A DNA stretch of 63,886 nt, the filler included, from an uncultured bacterium (lineage in GTDB: Bacteria; DAOPZR01), in the NCBI GenBank assembly GCA_964637655.1. It is 3 parts of 3 records of this genome, joined end to end, with 100 filler letters (N's around TTAATTAATTAA, not from the genome) between each part and the next. Parts side by side here need not be neighbours in the genome. Positions count along the whole stretch, not along the records: positions 25,359 to 50,528 come from CAZWUZ010000020.1; 2 more parts are not named here. One strand, 5' to 3'. The translations under genes and the position numbers were made by a program. Every line of letters starts with the position of its first letter. Within the stretch, counting starts at the first letter, position 1. The notes under the pieces were generated by a model, which was given only the letters and a program-made list of their open reading frames with translations, searched no databases and was not told where the DNA came from. Shown here in pieces: positions 38,435 through 48,471 of the stretch.

Positions 38435-38664
38435 GCACAGCCGCGAATTATTGCTGTATGCGGTTAGCTGCGATGGCAACGGAGAAAGGCGGGGAGAAAA
38501 AATATCCGGGCGGCGTCTTATAACACCACAAGCCGTCGGCACTGCTCAACTGTGCCGGCAGCCATCGTGCTGCAATCACGAACCATAGACACAGGCAGTC
38601 GCAGAGCGACGCCACCCGCCTGCATCATGCACCATGGAGCGATGCTGCCAGCACCGCCGCAATC

Positions 38665-38911
38665 TTAGCTAGGAACCTTCCCCCCCTCAGACCAACATAA
38701 CTCACACAACCACCCACCTGCCACATGCTCCAAGTCACTGTCCGTCAACTGCTGTGACGACAATTTGAATTCTTCCGCAGTAAAATCGAAGCCCTCCGCC
38801 CTGGCGAATGCCAGGCGCGCCGCCGCATCCTTGCAGGGCCACTACGTTCTTCGCGAAACCCTCATCCGTCTTCAGTCGCTCGATACACGCCTTTGCCGAT
38901 TCAATGCTCAT
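38665..38911 (-). pseudogene. Second Nif11-like precursor with +1 frameshift; restored core WLCELCWSEGGKVPS
   Basis: Removing one base at 38836-38838 gives MSIESAKACIERLKTDEGFAKNVVACKDAAARLAFARAEGFDFTAEEFKLSSQQLTDSDLEHVAGG-core; span is 247 nt (3n+1); AAGGAGG RBS. Confidence 0.85.
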
Positions 38912-39110
38912 GCCGCCCTCCTTTGGTTCCGTCACCCGACATTAGGCTGCCGCTTATCCGGCAACAATAGCAACAATAGTACCTCAATCTGCCATGGCAG
39001 GTCAAAAACACTTCCGTCACAAAGGATTTTTCTCGTCCTATCCGGACAGTAGTTTTTGCGCAAACAGACGGGATTGGCGCAACCGGCCGCGATTACGGTC
39101 GCCAGCAGGC

Positions 39111-39140
39111 AAAACAAAAGACAGGCGCAATTGCCTGTCT
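39111..39140 (-). terminator. Intrinsic terminator downstream of the displaced tRNA 3' fragment
   Basis: agacaggc-gcaatt-gcctgtct stem followed by TTTTGTTTT on the minus strand. Confidence 0.65.
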
Positions 39141-39162
39141 GAACGGGAAATATCAAATGAAC

Positions 39163-39206
39163 ATGGCAGCGTAATCTGGATTTGAACCAGAGACCTTCAG
39201 GTTATG
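39163..39206 (-). repeat. Duplicated 3' half of tRNA-Met (att site)
   Basis: 39175-39206 is identical to 40833-40864 (32 nt); the match extends with 4 mismatches through the CCA end. Confidence 0.9.
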
Positions 39207-39390
39207 GCAACTTTACGCGCGCATCGTATTGATTAGCGGCATGTTATCAATCCTTTGGTATTGTTCTGGTTCAATATCGGGCCATCGATATTCAGACAAG
39301 ACTGTCAGAATATCCCGGGAATTAGTCACCTGGTTTGCCCTTGACTAATTCCGCCAAATGCGTCATAATAAGGTAGCGGAGGGTGTGAAT

Positions 39391-40623
39391 ATGACAGACA
39401 ATAGATATCGGGCGAGATCGCTGGCGGGGGCGGTGGCGGATGCGCTCAAGGCATTCCCCGTGGTCATCGTCAGCGGCATGCGCCAGACCGGCAAGACCAC
39501 CATGTTGCGGCGGGATCCGCTGTTCCGCCGGCGGCACTATATCACCCTTGACGATTTCGCTTCCCTGTCCGCCGCGCAGAACAATCCCGAAGCGCTGGTC
39601 GGCGGAACGAAACCCATAACCATTGACGAGGTGCAGCGGTTACCGGAACTGCTCACCGCGATCAAGGCCACGGTCGACCGTGATCGCCGCCCCGGTCGCT
39701 TTCTGCTATCCGGTTCCGCTAATCTCGCCCTGGCCTTCCGTGCGGCGGAAACACTGGCCGGGCGGGCAGTCACCCTGGAACTGACCGGACTGACACGCCG
39801 GGAACTGCACGGTGCCATCGGCAAACGACCGGTCCTGGTCGATCTGCTCGAAGGCAGAAATCCTGCTGGCATTGCCTGGGATGGTTCCGCGGTGCACGCT
39901 GCTGAAGTGTCGGCTGGCGGCCTGCCGGAGGTCACGCTCGGCCACCCGCAGCGCGCGCGCTGGTTTGACGGTTTTATCGCCACCTATCTCGAACGCGATC
40001 TGCGTTCCTACGCCCAGGTCGGCGACCTCATCTCCTTCCGGATCCTGATGAAAATGGCAGCATTGCGCACAGGCAATATTCTTAATGAAACTGAGCTGGC
40101 TCGTGATGCGCGCCTGACCGTCAAAACCACCGGCCGCTACCTCGGCCTGATGGAAGCGGGCTATATCCTCCGCCGCCTGCCGCCATTCCTGCGTAATCGA
40201 ACCACGCGCCTGATGAAAACGCCGAAGATATTCTGCAGCGATTCCGGGCTGGCAGCGGTATTGGCCGGAGCGGCCGGTTTTGCGGATGCGCCGGACGATC
40301 CGCTGCGCGGGGCTCTGCTCGAAACCTATGTGCTGCAGAACCTGATGGGGAATGTCGCCGGCGAATCGCCCGCCATCACGCCGCATTATTGGAATGTCAG
40401 CGGCCGCCACGAAGTCGACTTTGTCTTCGAGTGCGGCAGGCGGGCGATTGCGGTCGAAGTGAAGTGGGCCTCACGCTGGAATGAACACGACCTGTCTGGC
40501 CTGCGCGCCTGGCAGGAAACGACGCCCGGTGGCGGACTGGCGCTACTGGCCTGCCAGACCCGCACTGCAACACAACTGGGAGAGAATCTCTGGGTGGTAC
40601 CGCTCGGCGATTTGCTACGCTGA
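39391..40623 (+). CDS. AAA_14 ATPase with DUF4143 (PD-(D/E)xK-like) C-terminus
   Basis: GMRQTGKTT, IDEVQ, LAGR, KTPK...DSGL and EVDFV..AVEVK motifs; promoter TTGACT-17-CATAAT at 39341-39369. Confidence 0.9.
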   Translation: MTDNRYRARSLAGAVADALKAFPVVIVSGMRQTGKTTMLRRDPLFRRRHYITLDDFASLSAAQNNPEALVGGTKPITIDEVQRLPELLTAIKATVDRDRRPGRFLLSGSANLALAFRAAETLAGRAVTLELTGLTRRELHGAIGKRPVLVDLLEGRNPAGIAWDGSAVHAAEVSAGGLPEVTLGHPQRARWFDGFIATYLERDLRSYAQVGDLISFRILMKMAALRTGNILNETELARDARLTVKTTGRYLGLMEAGYILRRLPPFLRNRTTRLMKTPKIFCSDSGLAAVLAGAAGFADAPDDPLRGALLETYVLQNLMGNVAGESPAITPHYWNVSGRHEVDFVFECGRRAIAVEVKWASRWNEHDLSGLRAWQETTPGGGLALLACQTRTATQLGENLWVVPLGDLLR

Positions 40624-40781
40624 ATTTGGTGCGATCCCGCCCGCCGACACCTATGGTCGTGCCGCGATCTCGCCCGGGTTTCATCGCCAGTCCCCCTCCA
40701 GATCATTTGTAATGAATTTTGTGCTTTATTCCTTACAAAAATCATAGTATGGGGAATGTAGCCACAGTTCCTTTCAAAAAC

Positions 40782-40809
40782 AAAAGCCAGACATAACTGT
40801 CTGGCTTTT
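40782..40809. terminator. Bidirectional intrinsic terminator between the ATPase gene and the tRNA
   Basis: aaaagccagaca-taac-tgtctggctttt. Confidence 0.8.
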
Positions 40810-40821
40810 CGTGACTTGGTA

Positions 40822-40898
<77 letters not shown>

Positions 40899-40946
40899 GA
40901 CAACCTTATACCATACCTGTCAGAAAATGTCAAGCAGCGACGGAAA

Positions 40947-41480
40947 TCAGTTTTCGAAGGGGGTTTCGAGGGGGACGATGCAGTGCTTCTTGAGGCGGCA
41001 GACGCGGCAGCTGTCGGCATTCCAGACCTGCAGGAAATAATCGGCCGCATCATCGATGGCGTGACTGTCATCGGTAATAATGCCCATCTCGAAGTTGCGC
41101 TTCCCCGCGCTGCGCATGCCGATGCCGGCGCCGGTCAGGTTGGCGCTGCCGAGATAGAGGCGGCGCGCGTCAAGCAGCAGCATCTTGAAATGGACGCGGA
41201 TGCAGCGGCGCATCTGGAAGAACTCGCCCGGCAGCCGCTTCCGGTACTTCTTCAATTCCTGCAGGAAGGGGGCTGACGGTATCCCCGAGTGGAGGATGCG
41301 CACATCAACACGACGGGTGCAGAGTTCGGCGAACAGTTCGACAATGGAGCCGACATGGTCGTCAAGGCCGAGGTGCATATCCTTGACATTGGCGGTGGCC
41401 AGCCAGAGCGAATGGCGGACGCACCGCGCCCCCTTGTCAATGACCTCGTCGTAGATTTCGCTGCCGGTAAGCAGGCGCAC
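40947..41480 (-). CDS. Single-HKD phospholipase D / Nuc-like protein
   Basis: HFKMLLLD..GSANLT..NFE motif. Confidence 0.8.
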   Translation of the reverse strand: MRLLTGSEIYDEVIDKGARCVRHSLWLATANVKDMHLGLDDHVGSIVELFAELCTRRVDVRILHSGIPSAPFLQELKKYRKRLPGEFFQMRRCIRVHFKMLLLDARRLYLGSANLTGAGIGMRSAGKRNFEMGIITDDSHAIDDAADYFLQVWNADSCRVCRLKKHCIVPLETPFEN

Positions 41481-41486
41481 GGGCGC

Positions 41487-42167
41487 CTACCAGATGCCGA
41501 GCATGTCGAGGGTGGCCATCTCGCAGCCGGGCGGCGGCACGAAGGTGAAGAAACCGGCCGGCAGCGAACCGTTGACGCGGAAATTGCTGAACGTGAGCAC
41601 CGAGCGGTCACCGTTGGCGTCGGTGAGTTGCACGCGCTGCGGCAGCATGGTGGTGCGGTCAACCGCGAGCGACACCTGGCGGATGAACAACCCTTCCTGC
41701 CGCGCCTTGAGGGTGATCTTGAGCAGTCCGTCACGCACGGCAGCGAAAATGCGGAAATGCTTTTCCACCTGCTCGTAGGAGCCGGCATTGCCCATGGCCA
41801 GCGCGATGAGCAGGCGCTGCAGCGACTGGTGCTTGTCGAGGTCCATGACGCTGCACTGGTCGAGTTCCGGCACATGGTACCAGAGGGTATCGCCGTTGCT
41901 GATGAGCGCGCTGACCTGCGGCTCGCGGTAGTCCCAGCGCATCAGGTCGGGGCGGGCATAACTGACCGTCCCCGCGGCGCGGGCGATGCCCGCCATCACC
42001 TGCAGTTCGCGTTCCTGGGTGAAGTCGGCCTGCACGCTGCTGTAGGACGCCTGCTTCGCCAGCATGGCGCGCACGAGGTCCTCGCCGCTGGCAAAGGCGG
42101 CAGTAGCACACATGAGCAGCAGGCAGGCAAGCAGCAGGCGCGTCGTCATGCTGGTTTTGACAGTCAT
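41487..42167 (-). CDS. lolA: Outer-membrane lipoprotein carrier LolA family protein
   Basis: Signal peptide; ADFTQ, RPDLMRWDY..P and NGDTLWY motifs; F.FVPPPG tail. Confidence 0.8.
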   Translation of the reverse strand: MTVKTSMTTRLLLACLLLMCATAAFASGEDLVRAMLAKQASYSSVQADFTQERELQVMAGIARAAGTVSYARPDLMRWDYREPQVSALISNGDTLWYHVPELDQCSVMDLDKHQSLQRLLIALAMGNAGSYEQVEKHFRIFAAVRDGLLKITLKARQEGLFIRQVSLAVDRTTMLPQRVQLTDANGDRSVLTFSNFRVNGSLPAGFFTFVPPPGCEMATLDMLGIW

Positions 42168-42171
42168 CGCG

Positions 42172-44277
42172 CTACCCGAGTTGCGAAAAATCGGCGACGC
42201 GGCGGAACAGTTCCGCCGCCTGCTTAGCCAGCGCGAGGCGGTTGCGCTTCAGTTCCGGTTCGGGCGCCATGACCAGCACGTCGGTGAAGAACCGGTCGAG
42301 TGCAGGGCGCACGGTGAGCAGCGCCGCCATGACCTGCGCATAATCGCGCGCGGCGAGCAGCGGCTGCACTTTCGTCTCGACTTCCTGCACCGTGCGGAGC
42401 AGTTCGCGCTCCGCCTCCTCCGTGCAGATGTCCGCCTGCGCGGCGGCGGGGATGTCCTTCTCCCCCTTCGTGATGTTCTGCGCGCGCTTGAGCGCGGCGA
42501 CAAGCGCCACAACGGTCTCCTCCGCACCGCGGCGGGCAGTGCCCAGCGCCGCGAGTTTCTCCGCCACCTCGTCAAGGTCACGCCACGGCGCGGCAAGCAC
42601 GGCCGCAATCTCCGCCGGCGTGTTTTCCTGACGCGCATCGCGCAGGTAATTTTCGAGGCGCCCGGTGAAAAAGGCCATGATGCGGTCCGCACTCTTCTCC
42701 GCGTCGACTTTCACCTTATCCCCGACAAGTCCCAGCGCGGCGATGAACAGGTCGCGCACCGGCACGCGCAGCCGCCCCTGCGGGTAGGCATGCAGCAGGA
42801 TACGGATGATACCGAGCGCGGCGCGGCGCAGCGCGTAGGGGTCGGCAGACCCGGTCGGTTCCTTCCCCGTGGCAAACCCGCCGGCAACAGCATCGAACTT
42901 GTCGGCCAGCGCGACGAGCATGGCGGGATAGTCGCGCGGCACGTCGCTGTCAGGCCCCGTCGGCCAGTAGTGCTCGCGGAGCCCGTCGCAGACCGGTTTG
43001 TCATACGCCTCGCGCAGCGCGTACTCGCGTCCGATGGCACCCTGCAGTTCGGTGAATTCGAAGACCATCTTGGTGGCAAGGTCGGCCTTGCACAACCGCG
43101 CCACGGTATGTGCCTGCTGCGCGATGAGCGCGGTAACATCGCCGCACTTGACCAGTTCCGCGACGAGCACGTCGATGCGCCGCACGCGGTCACCGATGCT
43201 GCCGAGCGTTTTCTCGTACATGATGCGGTCGAGTTCCGGCACGTAGTCTGCCAGCGGTTTCGCGGTATCGCTGCTGAAGAAAAACTCGGCGTCGTCGAAG
43301 CGGGCGCGCAGGACGCGGTTGTTTCCCTCGCACACCGCCGCCATGTCGAAGCGCTTGCCTTCGCCATTAGCCACCCCGATAAAGCAGGGGAGCAGCTGTT
43401 CCGCCTTGTCCGCGGCATAGACCGGGAAATAGCGCTGATGCTTTTTCATCGCCCCGACGAGCACGGGGGCGGGGATGCGCAGGTAGCGCTCATCGAAATC
43501 GGCGCGGAACGGGAAGGGAAACTCGACCAGGTCGGCAACCTCATCGAGCAGTTTTTCATCGAGCGCCACCGTGCCGTTGGCGGGGGCTGCCTGCTGCGCC
43601 CCTTCGGCGATGCGCCGGCGGCGTTCCGCCGCATCGGGAATGACGAAGACGGGGAGCAGCGCCTGCGCGTACTGCGTCGCGTCGGCAATGACCGCCGGCC
43701 CGGCGGCATGATAGCGATGGCCGCGCGATTCGCGCCCCGCGGTCAGCCCGGCGAGTTGCACCGGCACGATGTCGGCGCCATGCAGCACGACCAGCCAGCG
43801 GAGCGGGCGGCTGGCGCGGAATTTCGTGTCGTTCCAGACCATGGTCTTGGGGAACGGCAGCGCGGCAACAATGCCCTGCAGTTCCTGTGCCAGCAGGCCG
43901 GCCAGCGACACGGCGGGGAGTTCGACCTTCGCCGCGACGTATTCGCCCTTGTCGGTCGTCACGCGGTAGAGCTGGTCAAGCGCGACCCCCGCCCCCCTGG
44001 CAAACCCCTCGGCCGCCTTCGTCGGCTTGCCGTCAGGCGTGAACGCCGCCTTCGCGGGTGGCCCGGTCTTCTCCACCACCTCAGCGGCGCCCGATGCGGC
44101 CACCGCGTCGATGAACACCGCGATACGGCGCGGCGCATGGAAGATGCGCGCGTCGCCGCAGGTCAGGCGGTTGTCGCGGATGAGAGCTACCAGCTTGTCG
44201 CGCAGTGCTTCGGCGGCGGGACGCCCGACCCCGGCAGGAAGTTCCTCGCAGCCCAGTTCGATGAGGAGCGGCTTCAT
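42172..44277 (-). CDS. glyS: Glycine-tRNA ligase beta subunit
   Basis: [24 protein letters not shown]...[10 protein letters not shown] and [12 protein letters not shown] motifs. Confidence 0.97.
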   Translation of the reverse strand: MKPLLIELGCEELPAGVGRPAAEALRDKLVALIRDNRLTCGDARIFHAPRRIAVFIDAVAASGAAEVVEKTGPPAKAAFTPDGKPTKAAEGFARGAGVALDQLYRVTTDKGEYVAAKVELPAVSLAGLLAQELQGIVAALPFPKTMVWNDTKFRASRPLRWLVVLHGADIVPVQLAGLTAGRESRGHRYHAAGPAVIADATQYAQALLPVFVIPDAAERRRRIAEGAQQAAPANGTVALDEKLLDEVADLVEFPFPFRADFDERYLRIPAPVLVGAMKKHQRYFPVYAADKAEQLLPCFIGVANGEGKRFDMAAVCEGNNRVLRARFDDAEFFFSSDTAKPLADYVPELDRIMYEKTLGSIGDRVRRIDVLVAELVKCGDVTALIAQQAHTVARLCKADLATKMVFEFTELQGAIGREYALREAYDKPVCDGLREHYWPTGPDSDVPRDYPAMLVALADKFDAVAGGFATGKEPTGSADPYALRRAALGIIRILLHAYPQGRLRVPVRDLFIAALGLVGDKVKVDAEKSADRIMAFFTGRLENYLRDARQENTPAEIAAVLAAPWRDLDEVAEKLAALGTARRGAEETVVALVAALKRAQNITKGEKDIPAAAQADICTEEAERELLRTVQEVETKVQPLLAARDYAQVMAALLTVRPALDRFFTDVLVMAPEPELKRNRLALAKQAAELFRRVADFSQLG

Positions 44278-45191
44278 GCGCGCACCTCCGCCTTGCAGAG
44301 CGGGTGACCGAGCGCGGCCCGCTGCTCGTGGAACGCCTTAGCTACGCCACTCGCCAGTTTGCGCACGCGCCCGATGTACTTGACGCGCTCCGTCACGGAG
44401 ATGGCGCCGCGCGCATCGAGCTGGTTGAAGGTGTGCGAACACTTGAGCACGCGGTCATACGCGGGCATGACCAGCGGCTGCGGCACGTCCTGCCCCTCCT
44501 GCACGACGGTGCGGGCGAGCAGTCGCTGTGCCTCCGCCTCGTGGTCGTTGAAGTGGCGGAAGAGCGCCTCGGCATCAGCGCATTCGAAATTGTACGTCGA
44601 CTGTTCCCACTCGTTCTTTTTGTGCACTTCGCCGTAGGTGACAGTGTCCGACCACTGCAGATCGTAAACGCTGTTTTTCCCCTGCAGGTACATGGCGATA
44701 CGTTCGAGCCCGTAGGTGAGTTCGACCGGAATGGGGTCGAGATCGATGCCGCCGCACTGCTGGAAGTAGGTGAACTGGGTGATTTCCATGCCGTCGAGCC
44801 AGACCTCCCAGCCGAGTCCCCACGCCCCGAGGGTGGGTGACTCCCAGTCGTCCTCGACGAAACGGATATCGTGTTTCGCCAGGTCGAGCCCGAGCGCGGT
44901 GAGCGACCCGAGGTAGAGGTCCTGGATATCGGCGGGGGCCGGCTTGAGGATGACCTGGTACTGGTAGTAGTGCTGCAGGCGGTTCGGGTTCTCCCCGTAG
45001 CGCCCGTCAGTGGGGCGGCGCGACGGCTCGACATACGCCACCCTCCACGGCTCGGGCCCGAGCGCGCGCAGGAAGGTGTGCGGGTTGAAGGTTCCCGCCC
45101 CGACTTCCATGCCGGTCGGCTGCGCCAGCAGGCAGCCGCGCTGCGCCCAATAGTCCTGCAGGCGCATGATGATCTGGTTGAACGTCAGCAT
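44274..45191 (-). CDS. glyQ: Glycine-tRNA ligase alpha subunit
   Basis: [29 protein letters not shown] and TYGLER motifs. Confidence 0.98.
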   Translation of the reverse strand: MLTFNQIIMRLQDYWAQRGCLLAQPTGMEVGAGTFNPHTFLRALGPEPWRVAYVEPSRRPTDGRYGENPNRLQHYYQYQVILKPAPADIQDLYLGSLTALGLDLAKHDIRFVEDDWESPTLGAWGLGWEVWLDGMEITQFTYFQQCGGIDLDPIPVELTYGLERIAMYLQGKNSVYDLQWSDTVTYGEVHKKNEWEQSTYNFECADAEALFRHFNDHEAEAQRLLARTVVQEGQDVPQPLVMPAYDRVLKCSHTFNQLDARGAISVTERVKYIGRVRKLASGVAKAFHEQRAALGHPLCKAEVRA

Positions 45192-45213
45192 CGTTCTCAC
45201 TCCACTGAGAATT

Positions 45214-45245
45214 TTCACCACAGAGCACACAGAGCACGCAGAGAA
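45214..45245 (+). repeat. Intergenic repeat ttcaccacagagcacacagagcacgcagagaa
   Basis: Near-identical copy at 47455-47486 and an inverted copy at 47562-47591. Confidence 0.8.
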
Positions 45246-45305
45246 CATCCAGGCGTTCCTGCGTGCCGCCGGCGGCGGAACATCACCCTGCCAACAGCTG
45301 CCGGG

Positions 45306-46016
45306 TCAGGCGGCGGCCGCGAACTGGCGGCGGTAAAAATCCCACGCGCGCAGTTCGTGCTCAAGGTGGCGGCGCACGAACGGTTCGAGCAGCGCCAGCG
45401 CGGCATACGCCGCCGTCTCGTCAACCGGCTTTTCCCGCAGCGCCGCGAGCGTAGCCGGCGCGAGCAGCGGCTGCGACGGGCGGCAGCAGCGCCCGATGAC
45501 CCCCCCCGCGTCGGGGGCGAATCCGGCCACCGTCAGCGGTTCGCGGCACTTCACGCACACCTGCACCTCGGGCTCGTGCCCGATATGGCAGAGCAGGCGC
45601 AGGGCGAAGGCAAGGAGCGCCGCAGTCACAGCGCCATCGCGTTCGAGCCGCACCAGTTCGCGTTGCAGCGCCTCGTAGACGGGGGCCGGCTCGCTCCCCG
45701 TCGCCAGTTCCGCCACCAGTTCGAGCAGCAGCGAAAGGTGGGCGAAGGCGCGCAGGTCGCTGCGCGGGCGGAGAATGACGCGGCGCGCGCGGCCCGCGCT
45801 CAGTTGCGGCAGCGACTCCGCGGTATGCTGAAAGGCGTCAAACCCGAGCGTCGCCCCCAGTTCCAGCGCGGACCCGAAGCGCGAACCGGGAGTGAGCGCG
45901 CCCGCCGCGCGCACGTTGATTTTGCCGCGGTCGGGCGTGAAGAGCGTAATGAACTTGTCACGTTCGCGGTACGGGCGCGTGCGGATGACCACGCCCTCCG
46001 AGCTGAACAGCCCCAT
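45306..46016 (-). CDS. recO: DNA repair protein RecO
   Basis: EGVVIRTRPYRERDKFITLFTPDRGK OB fold; CVKC zinc finger; upstream of glyQS. Confidence 0.9.
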   Translation of the reverse strand: MGLFSSEGVVIRTRPYRERDKFITLFTPDRGKINVRAAGALTPGSRFGSALELGATLGFDAFQHTAESLPQLSAGRARRVILRPRSDLRAFAHLSLLLELVAELATGSEPAPVYEALQRELVRLERDGAVTAALLAFALRLLCHIGHEPEVQVCVKCREPLTVAGFAPDAGGVIGRCCRPSQPLLAPATLAALREKPVDETAAYAALALLEPFVRRHLEHELRAWDFYRRQFAAAA

Positions 46017-46043
46017 GCTTCCCCCTCCACAGCGACGGGAGTG

Positions 46044-46094
46044 ATTGTAGCGCACCGGCAGTCGCTTGTCAATCCGCGCGCCGTCTGCTATACC
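46044..46094. promoter_or_regulatory. Divergent sigma70 promoters with overlapping -35 boxes
   Basis: Minus strand TTGACA-17-TACAAT (46072-46044); plus strand TTGTCA-17-TATACC with TG extension (46066-46094). Confidence 0.65.
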
Positions 46095-46100
46095 GCCTGC

Positions 46101-47435
46101 ATGAGCAGGTCAAACGAGCCGCTTGCCGCGCTGCGCGCCACGGTCCCGGTCCAGGTCCTGACCCGGGCGCGCGACTGCCTCAAGGCGGCGCAGGTGCTGC
46201 ATCACAATTCCCTGTATGCCGACGCGGCGGAGCGGTCGCGGCACGGGGTGCGCCTCGTCGCGCGCGCCCTGCTCGCCCTGCACGGGGCGGAGAGCGACGG
46301 GCGGGCCCTCGAAGCGCGGCTCGGCGACCTCACGGATGACACGACCACCGCCACCGCGCTCGCGCTGCTCGGTGAACTCGGCACGCTGGCTGACACGCTG
46401 GACGACGGAGCGGAATACGAGGATGCCGCAGGCGAGGTCAAGCGCCTGCTGCGGCAGGGGGTCGACCTGCTCGGCGCCGTGCAGAAACGCGCCTCCGCGG
46501 CAGCCGCGTCACTGGCGGCGGAAGAACAGCGGCAGGCAGCGGCCGCGGCGCGGGCGCAGGCCAACCGCAAGACCATCACCTGTTTCGTGCCCGACCGGCG
46601 GCGGCCGCGCGTCACGCTCGTCCCGTTCCCGGGGACCGGGGGGAGCGGCCGGCAGCCGTATTTCGACAGTCCCCTGCGCTGCGTCATGTGCGACGGTTAC
46701 GATTTTGTCACGCAGGTGCCGCGCCTCAAGGCGTTGCGCCTCGTCTACCGCTACCGCACCCCGGAGTACCCGCTCCTCGTCGAGGAGGCGGCGGAAGCAG
46801 CAAAGGGCGTGGCCCTGGGCGACCCGCTCGCCTGCAGTGTGCATGTCTGTCCCAACTGCCTCTATGCTTCGGGGAACACCGGCAACTTCTACGCCGAGTC
46901 GCGCTTCGGCGCGGGGAGCGGCCTGCTGCAGAACCTCAACTCGCGGCGGCTGGCGAAGTGCCGGGAGGCGCTGCTCGCCGACCTGCCGGCGCGGGCAGCA
47001 ATCTTCGACGCGCGGCTGGGGGGCCATGAACCGGGCGCGGTCTTCACGCAGCCGCGGGCGATGCAGGCGGCACTGGCCGCGGCAGAACTGGCAGCCGCCT
47101 GCGCGGAAGTCGAGGCGGAATATAACGGCAACGCCCTCTTCTTCGGCGGCAAGCACCTGCTGAACGCGGCGCGCCTCGCCGCCGCCATCGCGCCCGACGA
47201 GGAGCAGGCGCTGCTCACGCGCGCGCGCGACTTTCTCACGCGCGGTTTCGAACGCAGCACCTATACCGCCGAAGCACTCTACCTGACCGCGGTCCTGCAC
47301 GCCCAGGCGGGCAACCTGAACGAGGCGCGCACGCGGCTCGGGCGGCTGCTGACCGACCGCGGCGAGATCCCCGCCGCCATCCGCTACAAGGCGTGGTGCG
47401 TCAACCTCAACGAGTATATCCGTTCCCAGCGCTGA
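46101..47435 (+). CDS. HEPN-like domain + DUF2225-like zinc-binding/helical domain protein
   Basis: RARDCLKAAQVL...Y..A......VARALLALHG N-terminus; CVMC...VHVCPNCLYA; TPR-like tail. Confidence 0.6.
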   Translation: MSRSNEPLAALRATVPVQVLTRARDCLKAAQVLHHNSLYADAAERSRHGVRLVARALLALHGAESDGRALEARLGDLTDDTTTATALALLGELGTLADTLDDGAEYEDAAGEVKRLLRQGVDLLGAVQKRASAAAASLAAEEQRQAAAAARAQANRKTITCFVPDRRRPRVTLVPFPGTGGSGRQPYFDSPLRCVMCDGYDFVTQVPRLKALRLVYRYRTPEYPLLVEEAAEAAKGVALGDPLACSVHVCPNCLYASGNTGNFYAESRFGAGSGLLQNLNSRRLAKCREALLADLPARAAIFDARLGGHEPGAVFTQPRAMQAALAAAELAAACAEVEAEYNGNALFFGGKHLLNAARLAAAIAPDEEQALLTRARDFLTRGFERSTYTAEALYLTAVLHAQAGNLNEARTRLGRLLTDRGEIPAAIRYKAWCVNLNEYIRSQR

Positions 47436-47454
47436 ACTGCCATCTGCCACACCG

Positions 47455-47591
47455 TTCACCACCGAGCACACAGAGCACGCAGAGAAAATCCCGGAAGACC
47501 CCTGCGCTGGTCCTGCGGACAAATTCAATATGGCAGAACGTCCACCGGCGGACCGCGGACGCTCTGTGTTCTCTGTGTGTTCTGTGGTGAA
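47455..47591. repeat. Inverted pair of the CACAGAG repeat between convergent genes
   Basis: Arms at 47455-47486 and 47562-47591. Confidence 0.8.
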
Positions 47592-47599
47592 AGTCGAAA

Positions 47600-48406
47600 T
47601 CAGGTAATGAAGCGCGAGACAGTCAGGGCAAGGGCGAGAATTACCACGACGCTGCCGGTGATAATGGCCGCAGTCCTGAGGTTGCGGCGGTCAGCCAGCA
47701 GTTCGCGCCGCAGCAGCAGCGCCACGGTGACGGTGATGAACGGCAGCAGCGGGAGTCCGCCGACGGGGAGCAGCCAGACCGCGAGAAAGCCGAGCAGCAG
47801 GCCCGCCGCAATCCCGGCCAGGGCCCGCGGCGCGGAAAAACCGAAATTCCCCGCGGCGCGCAGGATGAAGGCGGCAAAGGCAAAATCGGCGAACCCGACG
47901 AGCCCGCGGCACCCGTCGCTCCCCGGCAGCGGCCAGTGGAGCAGGAAGCGCGACAGCAGTTCCGGTTTGCCCATTATGGCGCGGGTCGGCCCCATGGCCA
48001 CGCTGTAGATATCGACCAGCGAAGCGACGATGAGCAGCGGCAGCAGGTAGCCGGGGCGGCGCAGCAGCCCGGCCAGCAGCAGCCCGGCCAGCAGGGCGAG
48101 GCTCAGTCCGCCCAGGTTGTGCAGCAGGGCGAGCGGCGAGATACCCTGCGCGGGGACGCGCACGAGGAACGGGGCGGTGGCCAGCACCAGAGCCGCCGCC
48201 ACGAGCCACCAGCGCGGCCGCTGTTGCGCCGCATCGAGCAGCAGCAGCGCCCCGCCCGCGGCAAGGACAAACGACAGTCCGGCACTGAGCAAACGTCCCA
48301 GCGGACGCCAGTCACCGGCAGGCAGGGTCACCGTCTGCTGCAGCATGGCGGAAAGGGCAAAGAGGACGATAAAGAGCCCCAGCGCCCGCGGGAGGGTCAG
48401 GCGCAT
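47600..48406 (-). CDS. Hypothetical polytopic membrane protein
   Basis: Multiple hydrophobic helices; VDIYSV and VGFADF resemble a GxGD-protease-like arrangement (weak). Confidence 0.6.
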   Translation of the reverse strand: MRLTLPRALGLFIVLFALSAMLQQTVTLPAGDWRPLGRLLSAGLSFVLAAGGALLLLDAAQQRPRWWLVAAALVLATAPFLVRVPAQGISPLALLHNLGGLSLALLAGLLLAGLLRRPGYLLPLLIVASLVDIYSVAMGPTRAIMGKPELLSRFLLHWPLPGSDGCRGLVGFADFAFAAFILRAAGNFGFSAPRALAGIAAGLLLGFLAVWLLPVGGLPLLPFITVTVALLLRRELLADRRNLRTAAIITGSVVVILALALTVSRFIT

Positions 48407-48434
48407 TTGACAGATACGGCGGATATGCTATACT
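48407..48434 (+). promoter_or_regulatory. sigma70 promoter of rpsT
   Basis: TTGACA-16-TATACT with TG extension. Confidence 0.7.
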
Positions 48435-48471
48435 CGGCGCCGTCAGTTATCGTGCTACGGAGGACATGGCC

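Noticed and set aside
38435-38664. Further precursor peptides in the gaps around the GNAT and at 38940-39110
   Set aside because: No RBS-plus-leader or double-Gly pattern found by eye; the 38932-39156 ORF lacks support.
40947-41480. PLD/Nuc protein as part of a defence island
   Set aside because: It lies outside the att-bounded islet and at the end of the recO-glyQS-lolA run, with host-like composition.
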